Notes: generated by a model from the sequence alone, not told the origin. 64,000 nt of DNA from Proteobacteria bacterium SG_bin7 (GCA_002083485.1 LWDK01000030.1:294091-358090), one strand, 5' to 3'; numbered from the stretch's first letter, positions 20,063 to 28,781 are shown. Program-made: numbers and translations.

Positions 20063-21003
20063 GCATGAATATTTTTGGTATAAACACGAAAGAGAAAGAA
20101 GCAGCGATTGCTCTTATACCCGTTCCTTGGGAGGTTACGACAAGCTATGGCAACGGCACTGCTGACGGCCCGAAAATAATTGAAAGAGCTAGCCACCAAG
20201 TCGACCTTTGGGATTCCACATTTGAAAACATAGTAGAACAAAAAGGTGTCTTTATGTTTTCGGAAAATAACACAATCCGCGAACTTAATGATAAGCTAAA
20301 ACCAAAGGCTCTTGATTCGGTCAATGAAGTCAATTCAGCGAGTGAGAGAGTCAATGAACTCGTTTACAGGAAAGCAAAAGACAACTTAGAAAAAAATAAA
20401 GTAGTAGGCGTTGTTGGAGGCGATCATTCATCTCCTCTCGGCCTTATCAAGGCAATTACAGAAAAATATACTAACGACTATGGGGTCCTCCACTTTGATG
20501 CCCATGCTGACCTAAGAAAGCAATACCAGGGCTTCAGTCATTCGCACGCGAGTATTATGTACAATGTAATGACCGCTCCGTTTGCTCCCAAAAAATTAGT
20601 ACAGGTTGGGATTCGTGATTTCTGCGAAGAGGAACTTGCTCGCATTAAAAAGTCTGAGGGCAAAATCAAAACGTTCTTTGATGATGCCCTAAGCGAGAAG
20701 AAATTTTCGGGAACAACTTGGGAGACAATAACTGACACCATCGTTATGGAACTTCCTAACAACATCTACATTAGTTTCGATATTGATGGGCTTGATCCTA
20801 ATCTTTGCCAAGGAACAGGAACCCCCGTTCCCGGCGGACTCTCATTCAATGAATGTAGTTATTTCTTTAAAAAATTATTTGCGGCCAAAAAGAAAATTAT
20901 CGGCTTTGATTTGTGTGAAGTTTCGGGATCAGAGTGGGATGCGAATGTTGGCGCGCGTGTTTTGTTTAAACTTTGCGGATTAACCTTAGCGACCAATTTC
21001 TAA
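20059..21003 (+). CDS. arginase/ureohydrolase-family protein (agmatinase/formimidoylglutamase-like)
   Basis: GGDHS, HFDAHADL and SFDIDGLDP manganese-ligand motifs. ATGA overlap with the ribD stop. Confidence 0.75.
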   Translation: MSMNIFGINTKEKEAAIALIPVPWEVTTSYGNGTADGPKIIERASHQVDLWDSTFENIVEQKGVFMFSENNTIRELNDKLKPKALDSVNEVNSASERVNELVYRKAKDNLEKNKVVGVVGGDHSSPLGLIKAITEKYTNDYGVLHFDAHADLRKQYQGFSHSHASIMYNVMTAPFAPKKLVQVGIRDFCEEELARIKKSEGKIKTFFDDALSEKKFSGTTWETITDTIVMELPNNIYISFDIDGLDPNLCQGTGTPVPGGLSFNECSYFFKKLFAAKKKIIGFDLCEVSGSEWDANVGARVLFKLCGLTLATNF

Positions 21004-21032
21004 AAAACAAAAGACCCTATAAATAGAGTCTT
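21004..21032 (-). terminator. candidate intrinsic terminator of the DksA-like gene
   Basis: On the minus strand: a 7-bp stem with one mismatch (21011-21017 / 21026-21032) and an 8-nt loop, followed by TTTTGTTTTT (21013-21004). Confidence 0.4.
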
Positions 21033-21065
21033 AACGCGATACATATCAAGTGGTTGTCTGGCACC

Positions 21066-21434
21066 TTAACGGGCATAGCGCTTTTGCATGCTCTCACGAA
21101 TTTCGGCACCTTCAATGCTTAATCGAGTCCAAGGAATCGCAAGAAGACGATCGGCTTCAATAGGTTCTTCGGTTTCTTCGCAATAACCAAAAGTTCCAGA
21201 TTCAATTCTGGATAATGCAAATTCAATCTCTTGAAGTTTGAAGCGAAGTCTTTCGTGCATTGAAAGAGTTTCACTTTCAGCCATCGTTCGCACAGTTTGA
21301 TCGGCCTCATCTCCGCCCTTATCTTCAGCGTACAAGTCATGTCGAGTGCTTTTCACCCGGTTGAGAATTTCGGCGCGCGCAGCGAGAAGTTTTTCACGGC
21401 ATTTTTCGATCATGCTTTTTGAAAGTCCAGCCAT
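21066..21434 (-). CDS. DksA/TraR-family protein, cysteine-poor (non-zinc-finger) variant
   Basis: Coiled-coil N-terminus with acidic tip (DKGGDEADQ). The C-terminal GTFGYCEETEEPIEADRLLAIPWTRLSIEG aligns to the DksA C4 region but keeps one Cys. Met at 21434 with an AGGGGG RBS. Confidence 0.65.
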   Translation of the reverse strand: MAGLSKSMIEKCREKLLAARAEILNRVKSTRHDLYAEDKGGDEADQTVRTMAESETLSMHERLRFKLQEIEFALSRIESGTFGYCEETEEPIEADRLLAIPWTRLSIEGAEIRESMQKRYAR

Positions 21435-21648
21435 TGTTCCCCCTGAATAAATTTGTCTCGAAGATTTAGTTACACACAAGAATTGTGCTGAAATCAACTC
21501 AATTCTTAAATTGCCTTAAATAAAAATTCCCATGTATTACATTATATATAACCATCATGTTTAATTTCAATGCAAGCCTTCTGTCATGTTCTTAATTAAT
21601 CTTAAGTTAAAAATAAAAAATATTTATGCTGTCTAACCTTTGGTCAGG

Positions 21649-22119
21649 TTAAAATGAGATCTGCGAGTAAACTACCGGCCGCCATAGTTTACTTTCCTTA
21701 ATCCAATAGCGATTTCCAAAATCATCTTCTAAAAACATCCAATCATCTTCGAAACGAACTTTTTTTGCTGCCCAATAGCGATCGACATACCGAATTGGCG
21801 CCAATGCCCCAGTTTCACTTGCTACAGTTCGCACTACTGTAAAATCAGCCTTAACGGCCGCGCACTCATATTCATCCGTCACCGAAGAACCGTAAACCCA
21901 GTGGTTTTTTCCATCCATATCCGCAACCGGAATCCAGCCATTTTTGCTTTCACCTTTTTTCTTCAAGGGAGTGTATTTTCCAACCCTCCAAGTCTCTTCA
22001 TATTTGGGACCTGGACCAGAGCGCAAGGACACACGAGGCACGTTTACACAAAGTGCATCAGCAGCAACTGAAAAAGAAATTACCGCAAAAATAGAATAAA
22101 CTATTCTATGGGGACACAT
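21649..22119 (-). CDS. secreted bacterial SH3-domain protein
   Basis: Signal-like N-terminus (IVYSIFAVISFSVAADA). SH3b-like LRSGPGPKYEETWRVGKYTPLKK...GWIPV. The start is ambiguous (22119 or 22176). Confidence 0.55.
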   Translation of the reverse strand: MCPHRIVYSIFAVISFSVAADALCVNVPRVSLRSGPGPKYEETWRVGKYTPLKKKGESKNGWIPVADMDGKNHWVYGSSVTDEYECAAVKADFTVVRTVASETGALAPIRYVDRYWAAKKVRFEDDWMFLEDDFGNRYWIKESKLWRPVVYSQISF

Positions 22120-22162
22120 ATTCTCTATTTTCGTTTCGGAATTAGATTGATGTTTGTTAGGT

Positions 22163-22606
22163 CTAGTTAGCGCCAAGTTCGGGCGGTCTCACTAACTGGT
22201 CTAGTCTTACGACCGAAATACCGACTTGAGTAAGAACGCCAATGGAATCAGGCGAACGATAGTCGTTCGCATAAAAGATCTTAAGCACACCCCCAAGATT
22301 GATAAGACGCTTGGCGCACATTACGCATGGCAAGTGTGTCACGAATACTATTTTTTCCATGAAACGATGTGAGTCACAGTTAATTACAGCGTTTTCTTCG
22401 CTATGCAGACATCCGCAATTGCCAACCTCTGAACTATCACAATTATTTGCAAGCCCAGAAGCATTTCCGTTATATCCGACCGCCAGCACCTTACGATAGT
22501 CTTTGGAGGTAATCACCGTTCCAACATTCAAGCGTGAACATGTCGAGCGGCGCGCCAGCTGAAACGCCAGATCCATATAGATTCTCTCAAAACTCGGACG
22601 TTCCAT
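22163..22606 (-). CDS. dCMP deaminase (ComEB-type)
   Basis: CLHSEENAV and PCVMCAKRL zinc-ligand motifs. 147 aa. Confidence 0.85.
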   Translation of the reverse strand: MERPSFERIYMDLAFQLARRSTCSRLNVGTVITSKDYRKVLAVGYNGNASGLANNCDSSEVGNCGCLHSEENAVINCDSHRFMEKIVFVTHLPCVMCAKRLINLGGVLKIFYANDYRSPDSIGVLTQVGISVVRLDQLVRPPELGAN

Positions 22607-22610
22607 AAAA

Positions 22611-23378
22611 TTAAATCTCCAAAATTACTCCAACAGGACAGTGATCCGAGCCCTCTTGGTCTTGATAAACTGTAGCTTCTTTCAAATACTTTACCAACCC
22701 CTTAGTGATACACACATGATCAATGCGCCAACCACGATTTCCTAATCTTCCACGCTCAAGCATTGACCACCAGGTAAAAACATTTTTTTCATTGGGATAC
22801 AAGTGTCGATAACAATCGACAAAACCAAGGTCGATAAATTCTTTAAACCATTCGCGCTCTTCAGGGAGGAAACCACTTTCCATGGCAAGTTTTTTAGGGT
22901 CGTAAACATCGATGTCGGTGGGCGCTACATTATAATCACCGAGAACTACAAGTTCCCGACCTTGCGCGATTAAGTTCTTCACAAATGAATTAAGTGATCG
23001 CAAAAACTCTTGCTTGAAATTATGGCGCTCAATGCTTGCCCCTCCATTTGGAAAGTAAATATTCATTAACAAAAATTTGCCGTAATCTAAAACTATCACT
23101 CGACCTTCGGAATCAAATTTACTAACACCAATTCCGTAGGAGTCTTTTCCTGGCTTGTCTTTTGAGTAGACCGCCACACCCGAATACCCCTTACGCTCTG
23201 CCGAACACCAAAAGGAGTGGCGATTATCAGGAGAGACGATTTCAGGCGGAATTTGCCCTTTATGAGCCTTCGTTTCTTGCAGGCAAAAAATATCGGGGGA
23301 TTCGCGTTCAACGAAATTCCACATGCCTTTTTTATGCCATGCTCTAATGCCGTTCACATTCCAGGAAATTATCTTCAT
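22611..23378 (-). CDS. xthA: exodeoxyribonuclease III
   Basis: MKIISWNVNGIRA, FCLQETK and C-terminal SDHCPV motifs. 255 aa. Confidence 0.9.
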   Translation of the reverse strand: MKIISWNVNGIRAWHKKGMWNFVERESPDIFCLQETKAHKGQIPPEIVSPDNRHSFWCSAERKGYSGVAVYSKDKPGKDSYGIGVSKFDSEGRVIVLDYGKFLLMNIYFPNGGASIERHNFKQEFLRSLNSFVKNLIAQGRELVVLGDYNVAPTDIDVYDPKKLAMESGFLPEEREWFKEFIDLGFVDCYRHLYPNEKNVFTWWSMLERGRLGNRGWRIDHVCITKGLVKYLKEATVYQDQEGSDHCPVGVILEI

Positions 23379-23436
23379 CTTGTTAAAGGCTTATAACTAT
23401 GGCAATAATATGAATGCAAGTGAAAGGTCGGAAAAT

Positions 23437-23961
23437 ATGATTATCATTGGACAAGCAGCACCAAAATTCAGCGGCCAGGCCGTTGTCAATAAATCTGAAA
23501 TTCGTGAAATCAACTCTGCCGATTACCTAGGTAAGTGGATAGTATTGTTCTTCTATCCCTTAGATTTTACTTTCGTGTGCCCGACCGAGCTCTTGCAATT
23601 TCGCGACAAACTGGCTGATTTTCAGAAGTTAAATGCGGTGATTTTAGGCTGTAGTGTTGATTCTGTATATTCTCATAAAAAATGGTTGTCTGATGAATTA
23701 GATGATGTGGGGTATCCGCTAATTGGCGACATCACAAAAAGAATTTCTCGCGACTTCGGGGTTCTTTTAGAAGACCAGGGTATTGCAACTCGCGGAACAT
23801 TTGTCATAGACCCAGAAGGTCATATTCAATATGCCGGCATTCATAATTTGAATGTTGGAAGAGACGCCAATGAAATTCTCCGCGTGCTGAGCGCTTTACA
23901 ATCTGGCGAGCTCTGTGCCGCAGGCTGGAAGCCAGGACAAGCGCATCTGAAGCCCAAATGA
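23437..23961 (+). CDS. typical 2-Cys peroxiredoxin (AhpC/Prx1 type)
   Basis: Peroxidatic DFTFVCPTE and resolving ELCAAGWKPG motifs. The Met at 23437 (MIIIGQAAPKF) has a GAAAGG 9 nt upstream. The ORF track start at 23323 is implausibly long. Confidence 0.85.
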   Translation: MIIIGQAAPKFSGQAVVNKSEIREINSADYLGKWIVLFFYPLDFTFVCPTELLQFRDKLADFQKLNAVILGCSVDSVYSHKKWLSDELDDVGYPLIGDITKRISRDFGVLLEDQGIATRGTFVIDPEGHIQYAGIHNLNVGRDANEILRVLSALQSGELCAAGWKPGQAHLKPK

Positions 23962-25058
23962 GTTTTCAGAATCAGGTAGCAGCAAAGATTAAAGAGTGCT
24001 ACCCCGGGATTTCAGCAACGGAGGAAGAACTCAGAAATATCGTAAAAATTTGTACTCCTCACAAAATTTCTTTGAGAAAATCCGTTCTAGAACATGCAAA
24101 AAAATTTATTTCTTTGGTGTTTGGCCTACGCCGCTCTGAAAAATATAAAAAGGAACTTGGGATTTTTGATCCCGGGAATTATTCGGTTTTGATGGCCTAT
24201 GATTTTCATTTAACCGAAGACGGAGAGCTACGGCTGATTGAGATCAATACGAACGGGGCGTCCTCTCTTTTAGTTGATGTTTTACATCGCATCCATGGCA
24301 CAGTGGGTGTCAGTGAAGAATTTCAGAATTCTCTGAAAAAATCTTTTATTAATGAATTTGGGAGATCTTCCGGAAGAGTTTGTATCATTGATGAAAACTT
24401 CAAAAAACAAAATTCTTATGTTGAATTTTTGATGTTTCAGAAGCTTTTTGAAAAGTGGGGATATCAAGCTGAGGTGATTAATCCCGAGGAATTTAAGTCC
24501 GCTGATTTTATTTACAATCGCTTAACTGACTTTTATTTTTCTCAGGAATACTCACAGAAAATAAAAAAAGCGTACGATAGTAAAAAGACTATAGTGAGCC
24601 CAAACCCGAACGAATACCATCTGCTCGCCAATAAGTTGCGTTTACGGGAATTATGCAATGAAGATCTACTGACGAACAAATACGGAATGAACTCATTTGA
24701 GGCCTCTTTCGTGGCAACTCGCGTCCCTGAAGTAAAATCTTTTTCTGATTTCAAAGACATTGATGACCTGTGGGGACAACGGAAAAAATATTTCTTTAAG
24801 CCCGTTGAATCCTTTGGCGCCAAGGGTGCCTTCAAGGGCGAAAATATCAGCCGAAAATTGTTTAATGAATTATTCTTAAAAAACTACATTGCCCAGGAGT
24901 TTATAAGGCCACCGATGTTTCAAGATTACAAATGGGATTTACGTTTCTATGTTTATAAAGATGAAATTCAGTTACCGGCAGCGAGGTTGTACAAGGGCCA
25001 GACAACTAATTTTCAAGAAGAAGGAAGCGGCTTGGCTGTGGTATCTTTTGATTGCTAG
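23958..25058 (+). CDS. glutathionylspermidine-synthase-like (YgiC/YjfC-type) ATP-grasp amidoligase
   Basis: YDFHLTEDGELRLIEINTNGASSLL near the N-terminus resembles the R-x-DF...G..KLLEYNADTPT motif of the GspS synthetase family. 366 aa. ATGA overlap with the peroxiredoxin stop. Confidence 0.5.
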   Translation: MSFQNQVAAKIKECYPGISATEEELRNIVKICTPHKISLRKSVLEHAKKFISLVFGLRRSEKYKKELGIFDPGNYSVLMAYDFHLTEDGELRLIEINTNGASSLLVDVLHRIHGTVGVSEEFQNSLKKSFINEFGRSSGRVCIIDENFKKQNSYVEFLMFQKLFEKWGYQAEVINPEEFKSADFIYNRLTDFYFSQEYSQKIKKAYDSKKTIVSPNPNEYHLLANKLRLRELCNEDLLTNKYGMNSFEASFVATRVPEVKSFSDFKDIDDLWGQRKKYFFKPVESFGAKGAFKGENISRKLFNELFLKNYIAQEFIRPPMFQDYKWDLRFYVYKDEIQLPAARLYKGQTTNFQEEGSGLAVVSFDC

Positions 25059-25210
25059 AGGCTTGAACAGTTTCCTTCGCTAAAGCTGCTATTGTGGCGA
25101 CTCTTTGAGAGGCAAGTTACTGCATAAGGTCCGAATAGCGTTACGGCCGAAATGATGAAGAGACATGCTGAAAAACATTCGGGAGAAAGCACAAATCTCT
25201 CAGTTGAGGC

Positions 25211-25228
25211 CGCGGGGCTTGCCCCGCG
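25211..25228. terminator. GC-rich hairpin between convergent genes
   Basis: CGCGGGG-CTTG-CCCCGCG, a perfect 7-bp GC stem in AT-rich DNA, 12 nt beyond the stop of the minus-strand metzincin gene. No clear U-tract on either strand. Confidence 0.45.
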
Positions 25229-25239
25229 TAGGTTCACTC

Positions 25240-26436
25240 CTAAAGATTTAAATAAGTTTTGTTGTCATCGACTCCGCCAACTTCTGTGTCGCCATTGGCA
25301 TGGCCTCTGCCAAAAACTTCGCGATGAACTTTTCCGTCGGTGCTATGGTAGGTACCTTTGAAAGTGCTGTAGATCTGTTTGAATCCCGTTCGGAAGTAAC
25401 GATCGTAAGGCTGGGTTTTAAATACTACCTGTTCCTCAGGCATCCAGATCATGACTTGAGCTTCAAATCTGGTGAGATCGTGCCACTCCAATTCCGCAAA
25501 GCCGACGATATAGGATTTTTTGTTTTCATCGATACCATAGACTTCAAGGCGGTTGCCCACAATTTGTCGAGAGTAACATAGAAGACCGTCTTTGTTAGGG
25601 TGGATTCCAAAAAAAAGACCCGGGTCTCCGCCAAATTCCACCTTACTAATAAGCCTGGGTCGTGTTTCTGTCTCTACTCGTCCCGTACAAAAACTAAACC
25701 TTTGGTTTTCAGGGCGAAACTTGAACATTGGCGGATCAAATTCTTCTGTCGCTTTGTCGGCTTGTTTAGGACGCTTCTCATCCCACTGAGTTTTTAAGAG
25801 ACGATTTTCTGGAAACGACTGATGCATCAAATGGTATTTGTCTCCAGTTTCATGCGGAAAACCAAAGACATGTCCGAGCTCATGCATGACTATTTGTCGA
25901 AAAAGATGCCCATTAACTTTCGACCAAGCATCTTCAACCAACTCTCTATTATTATAGCGAAGTGCACCCTTTCCTGGAGAGATATAAATAAATCCTCTGC
26001 CGCGCATTTGTTTACGGTCATATTCCGTGCGCATTGCAATTCCAATAAATGAGCTCGGCATCCAATCCTTTGGCGCTTCCTCTTCTGGTAATACACCTAA
26101 AAGAAAGTGCAAGTCCGTGTTGGTCGCGCACTCCGAAAGAATAAAATCCTGCGTAGCTACGCCTGGTTCATACTCATCCGACGAACTGATAATAGTCCGC
26201 GAAATTGCGAATTCTTTTTTCCAATAATCGATCGCCTGCTTAATTCTTTCTTCCGCGAGACTTTTCGATATTCCAAAATTCTGTTCATCAATTTTCACAC
26301 AATAATTAACAACTTTTACATTTTTCAAAAACCAGGGGTTTTCTGTATCGCGAATAAATCCGCCGCCGCCACTTGTCCAACCTGCTTGCGCTAAACTCCC
26401 AAACGCTAATACCATCAACAAAGACAACAGTTTCAT
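25240..26436 (-). CDS. secreted metzincin-type zinc metalloprotease
   Basis: Signal peptide MKLLSLLMVLAFGSLAQA. Extended zinc motif HELGHVFGFPH (HExxHxxGxxH). Confidence 0.75.
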   Translation of the reverse strand: MKLLSLLMVLAFGSLAQAGWTSGGGGFIRDTENPWFLKNVKVVNYCVKIDEQNFGISKSLAEERIKQAIDYWKKEFAISRTIISSSDEYEPGVATQDFILSECATNTDLHFLLGVLPEEEAPKDWMPSSFIGIAMRTEYDRKQMRGRGFIYISPGKGALRYNNRELVEDAWSKVNGHLFRQIVMHELGHVFGFPHETGDKYHLMHQSFPENRLLKTQWDEKRPKQADKATEEFDPPMFKFRPENQRFSFCTGRVETETRPRLISKVEFGGDPGLFFGIHPNKDGLLCYSRQIVGNRLEVYGIDENKKSYIVGFAELEWHDLTRFEAQVMIWMPEEQVVFKTQPYDRYFRTGFKQIYSTFKGTYHSTDGKVHREVFGRGHANGDTEVGGVDDNKTYLNL

Positions 26437-26572
26437 AAGATGCTCCTTTTCGTTATATTCTAAAAATGCAAAGCCGCTTTGTCACTCCCATAATCGGGTT
26501 ATCTTGCATAGAAGTAAATTATTTATTAATTAAAAGTTTGCAAAAAGTTATATTAATTGTTAACCACTTTGT

Positions 26573-27397
26573 GTGGAGAACATATATAAAACAGATGATT
26601 ATCGCAAAGCCCTTCGCAGTACCGTGTATCACCATAAAGAAAATCTCGGAATCAAACGTTCGTTTCAAAAAATGGCAGAGCATTGTCGCGTTCAGAAAAC
26701 TTACTTATCGAAAGTTCTAAATCAGGGGGGAAATCTTACACGCGATCAGTTGTACCTGGCCTGTGATTATCTAAATCTCAAAGACAATGAAACTGAATTT
26801 CTGATGACTCTGCACGAGCTCGATGACGCGATCGTGTTGCCACGGCAAAAGAAATTACGAGAGCGCATTGAGAAGATGCGGTCACAGTATTTAAAAACGG
26901 AAGCTCATATTGATGCTCCCGCTTCGACAGTAAAAACGGTAGATCTGCAGACGTATTATCTCGACCCGCTCTTACAGCTTATTCATATAATGTTGACAAT
27001 TTCAAAATATAGTAAGGACCCAAAACTGATTTCAAAGAGTTTAGCAATTACGGAGCCCATCATTTCTGATAAATTAAGAATACTCGAGCGACTTAGGGTC
27101 ATCGAAGTTGTGGAAGAAGGTATCAAAGTCTTAAATACGGAACTGCATTTATCTGCGGATAGCGAAATCTTTAGCGCTTACCGCAAACTCATGCGCTTAA
27201 CCGCGATTAACCGCTTGGATCAACTTGATTCGAAAAAAGCCTATAGCTTTTCCGTGATTTTTTCTTCTAGTCCTGTTGTGCGCGAGGAAATCCAGGAACA
27301 CTTTCTTAAGTTTTTAAATAAAGTAAAGAAACTTGTTTCGGGCGGTGATGAGCGCGAAGTATATCAGATGAATTTTGATTTGTTTGACTGGACTTAA
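26573..27397 (+). CDS. TIGR02147/DUF4423-like putative HTH regulator
   Basis: The N-terminal DYRKALRSTVYHHKENLG....SFQKMAEHCRVQKTYLSKVLNQ resembles the family's HTH N-terminus. GTG start at 26573 is required to include the conserved DYRK segment. Confidence 0.5.
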   Translation: MENIYKTDDYRKALRSTVYHHKENLGIKRSFQKMAEHCRVQKTYLSKVLNQGGNLTRDQLYLACDYLNLKDNETEFLMTLHELDDAIVLPRQKKLRERIEKMRSQYLKTEAHIDAPASTVKTVDLQTYYLDPLLQLIHIMLTISKYSKDPKLISKSLAITEPIISDKLRILERLRVIEVVEEGIKVLNTELHLSADSEIFSAYRKLMRLTAINRLDQLDSKKAYSFSVIFSSSPVVREEIQEHFLKFLNKVKKLVSGGDEREVYQMNFDLFDWT

Positions 27398-28216
27398 GAG
27401 GATCTCTTTGAATCTCTGAAATCGACAAGGCTCGGAAATAGCGGCCACTATTGCGATTTTTTTATTGAAAGCCAAAATCCAGTTGTGGTTTCACGTAATT
27501 TGATCCAAGTATCTTTTTCAAGTTCTACGACATTGAGAGTAGTAAATAACTTCTTACAAAAAAATAATTTAGAGATTGTGTTTATGCAAAAGGATGAAAT
27601 ATCTGTTGTTTTAAAAGGCCCCTTGCCCGCCTCATATCTCGAACTCAGAGCCCAAATTGACGCTCTTAATTCATTAAAGATCGGGAATTTTTCTGAACAC
27701 TGGTTGGCTTGAAAGAAGACTGGGAAATAAAAAAATGGACGCAGGGTACTATCAAGGATGGGTACTGTCGGACGAACAGCACTTCAAAATTTTTGCGCGA
27801 AAGCTTCAGTTAGTGCAAACGGCCCTGACTTTAGTAATTGTTTTATGGTTCCGGAAGAACTTTTAAAGACTTATGGCCGTTAGATAGCATTAAACCAACT
27901 TTGAGGTAATGTGTTCTTTAGTAGCGAGATGTTTTTCTCTCATCTCATTAGTTGAAAGCAACGAAACACTCCTTAATCACTTGATATTTAAAAAACGAAT
28001 GGTCAGTTTCACACTGGCCAGAAATCAAAACACTTTAGCGAAATTAGTACGGTCGTTTGAATGCCGACTATGTTCAGCGATCAGAAACCTATATATATAC
28101 CTTTGACAGATTACAGAGTTGAATCTGATTTCTTGTCGGCAGCAAAAAAGTACTAAAATACTTGGCGACCCAACCCTATGAATATCTTCTAGTGGACAGC
28201 TAGGTCGACGTATAAA

Positions 28217-28687
28217 TCAGTAGCATTTAAGTACGCCAGTCAGTATCCATCCGGTAGCTCCATTTGGAGCTAAAGAAAGTTGGCCTTCCGTATAGACATT
28301 TTCAATAACACGGATCTTCGTATGCTCATGGCCCCACTTATCCTTTTTTTTCTTTTGAAGATCGACAATTTTGGCGCCGTTACTTAATCGAGACAAGGGG
28401 TTTCCGGTCTCGACATCGTTGTGGCGTAAGTAAATAAATTCTTCTACCCTATCTGTTGTGTCTAGCACACAAACATTTGAGTCGTATGAGTTGTGAGGTG
28501 GATAATTTTGAGGATTTTGAGGATTTTGAGGAGATAGATGATCATTTTGATTACCAATACAACCATTTAGTTCCAACACTCTATTGGCCACCTTTAAATT
28601 CGTTAGGTGTGCACACAGATTTATATCCAGCGCGTTGGCAGAAGTTGCTCCAAAAAGGATAAATAATAGTAGTTTTTTCATAAACAC
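28217..28687 (-). CDS. hypothetical secreted protein with PQN tandem repeat and SH3-like C-terminus
   Basis: Signal peptide MKKLLLFILFGATSANA, PQNPQNPQN repeat, C-terminal GATGWILTGVL. Confidence 0.55.
   Translation of the reverse strand: MFMKKLLLFILFGATSANALDINLCAHLTNLKVANRVLELNGCIGNQNDHLSPQNPQNPQNYPPHNSYDSNVCVLDTTDRVEEFIYLRHNDVETGNPLSRLSNGAKIVDLQKKKKDKWGHEHTKIRVIENVYTEGQLSLAPNGATGWILTGVLKCY
28508..28534. repeat. 9-bp tandem repeat (TTGAGGATT, 2 perfect copies plus 1 partial) inside a CDS
   Basis: Read directly from the sequence. Encodes the (PQN)n tract on the minus strand. Confidence 0.7.
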
Positions 28688-28730
28688 CTCCGTCTGAATT
28701 CAACTTTAGTCTTTTAGGTAATTTTTAGAT

Positions 28731-28750
28731 ACTTACTTGTACTTACTTGT
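28731..28750. repeat. 10-bp perfect tandem duplication ACTTACTTGT x2 in an intergenic region
   Basis: Read directly from the sequence. Lies 44 nt upstream of the start of the 28217..28687 gene (minus strand). Confidence 0.7.
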
Positions 28751-28781
28751 ATAAAATTAGGCAGTGTGACTTTTCAGAGGC

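Noticed and set aside
21531-21575. AT-rich palindromic segment (CATGTATTACATTATATATAACCATCATGTTTAATTTC) considered as a XerCD dif site.
   Set aside because: The best alignment to the conserved XerD arm TTATGTTAAAT has two mismatches. The would-be XerC arm does not resemble the GGTGCGCATAA-type consensus. It is more likely a plain AT-rich promoter or terminator spacer.
25300-26394. Cluster of seven 60-95-aa plus-strand ORFs opposite the metzincin gene. Similar antisense ORFs lie inside pepN, mccB, lon, clpX, gshA and the CheR-CheB gene.
   Set aside because: They lie wholly inside longer ORFs with clear motifs on the other strand, have low-complexity or Arg/Ser/Leu-rich composition, and lack RBS support. 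These are typical shadow ORFs.
26466-26720. 84-aa plus-strand ORF overlapping the start of the TIGR02147-like gene.
   Set aside because: It is in a different frame from the longer ORF, whose N-terminus (DYRKAL...) matches the family pattern. It has no motif of its own.
27485-28106. ORFs 27485-27712 (75 aa, GTG start) and 27909-28106 (65 aa) as protein-coding genes.
   Set aside because: They have no RBS, no motif, and a composition typical of random AT-rich ORFs. I kept them only as part of the gene-poor-gap finding.
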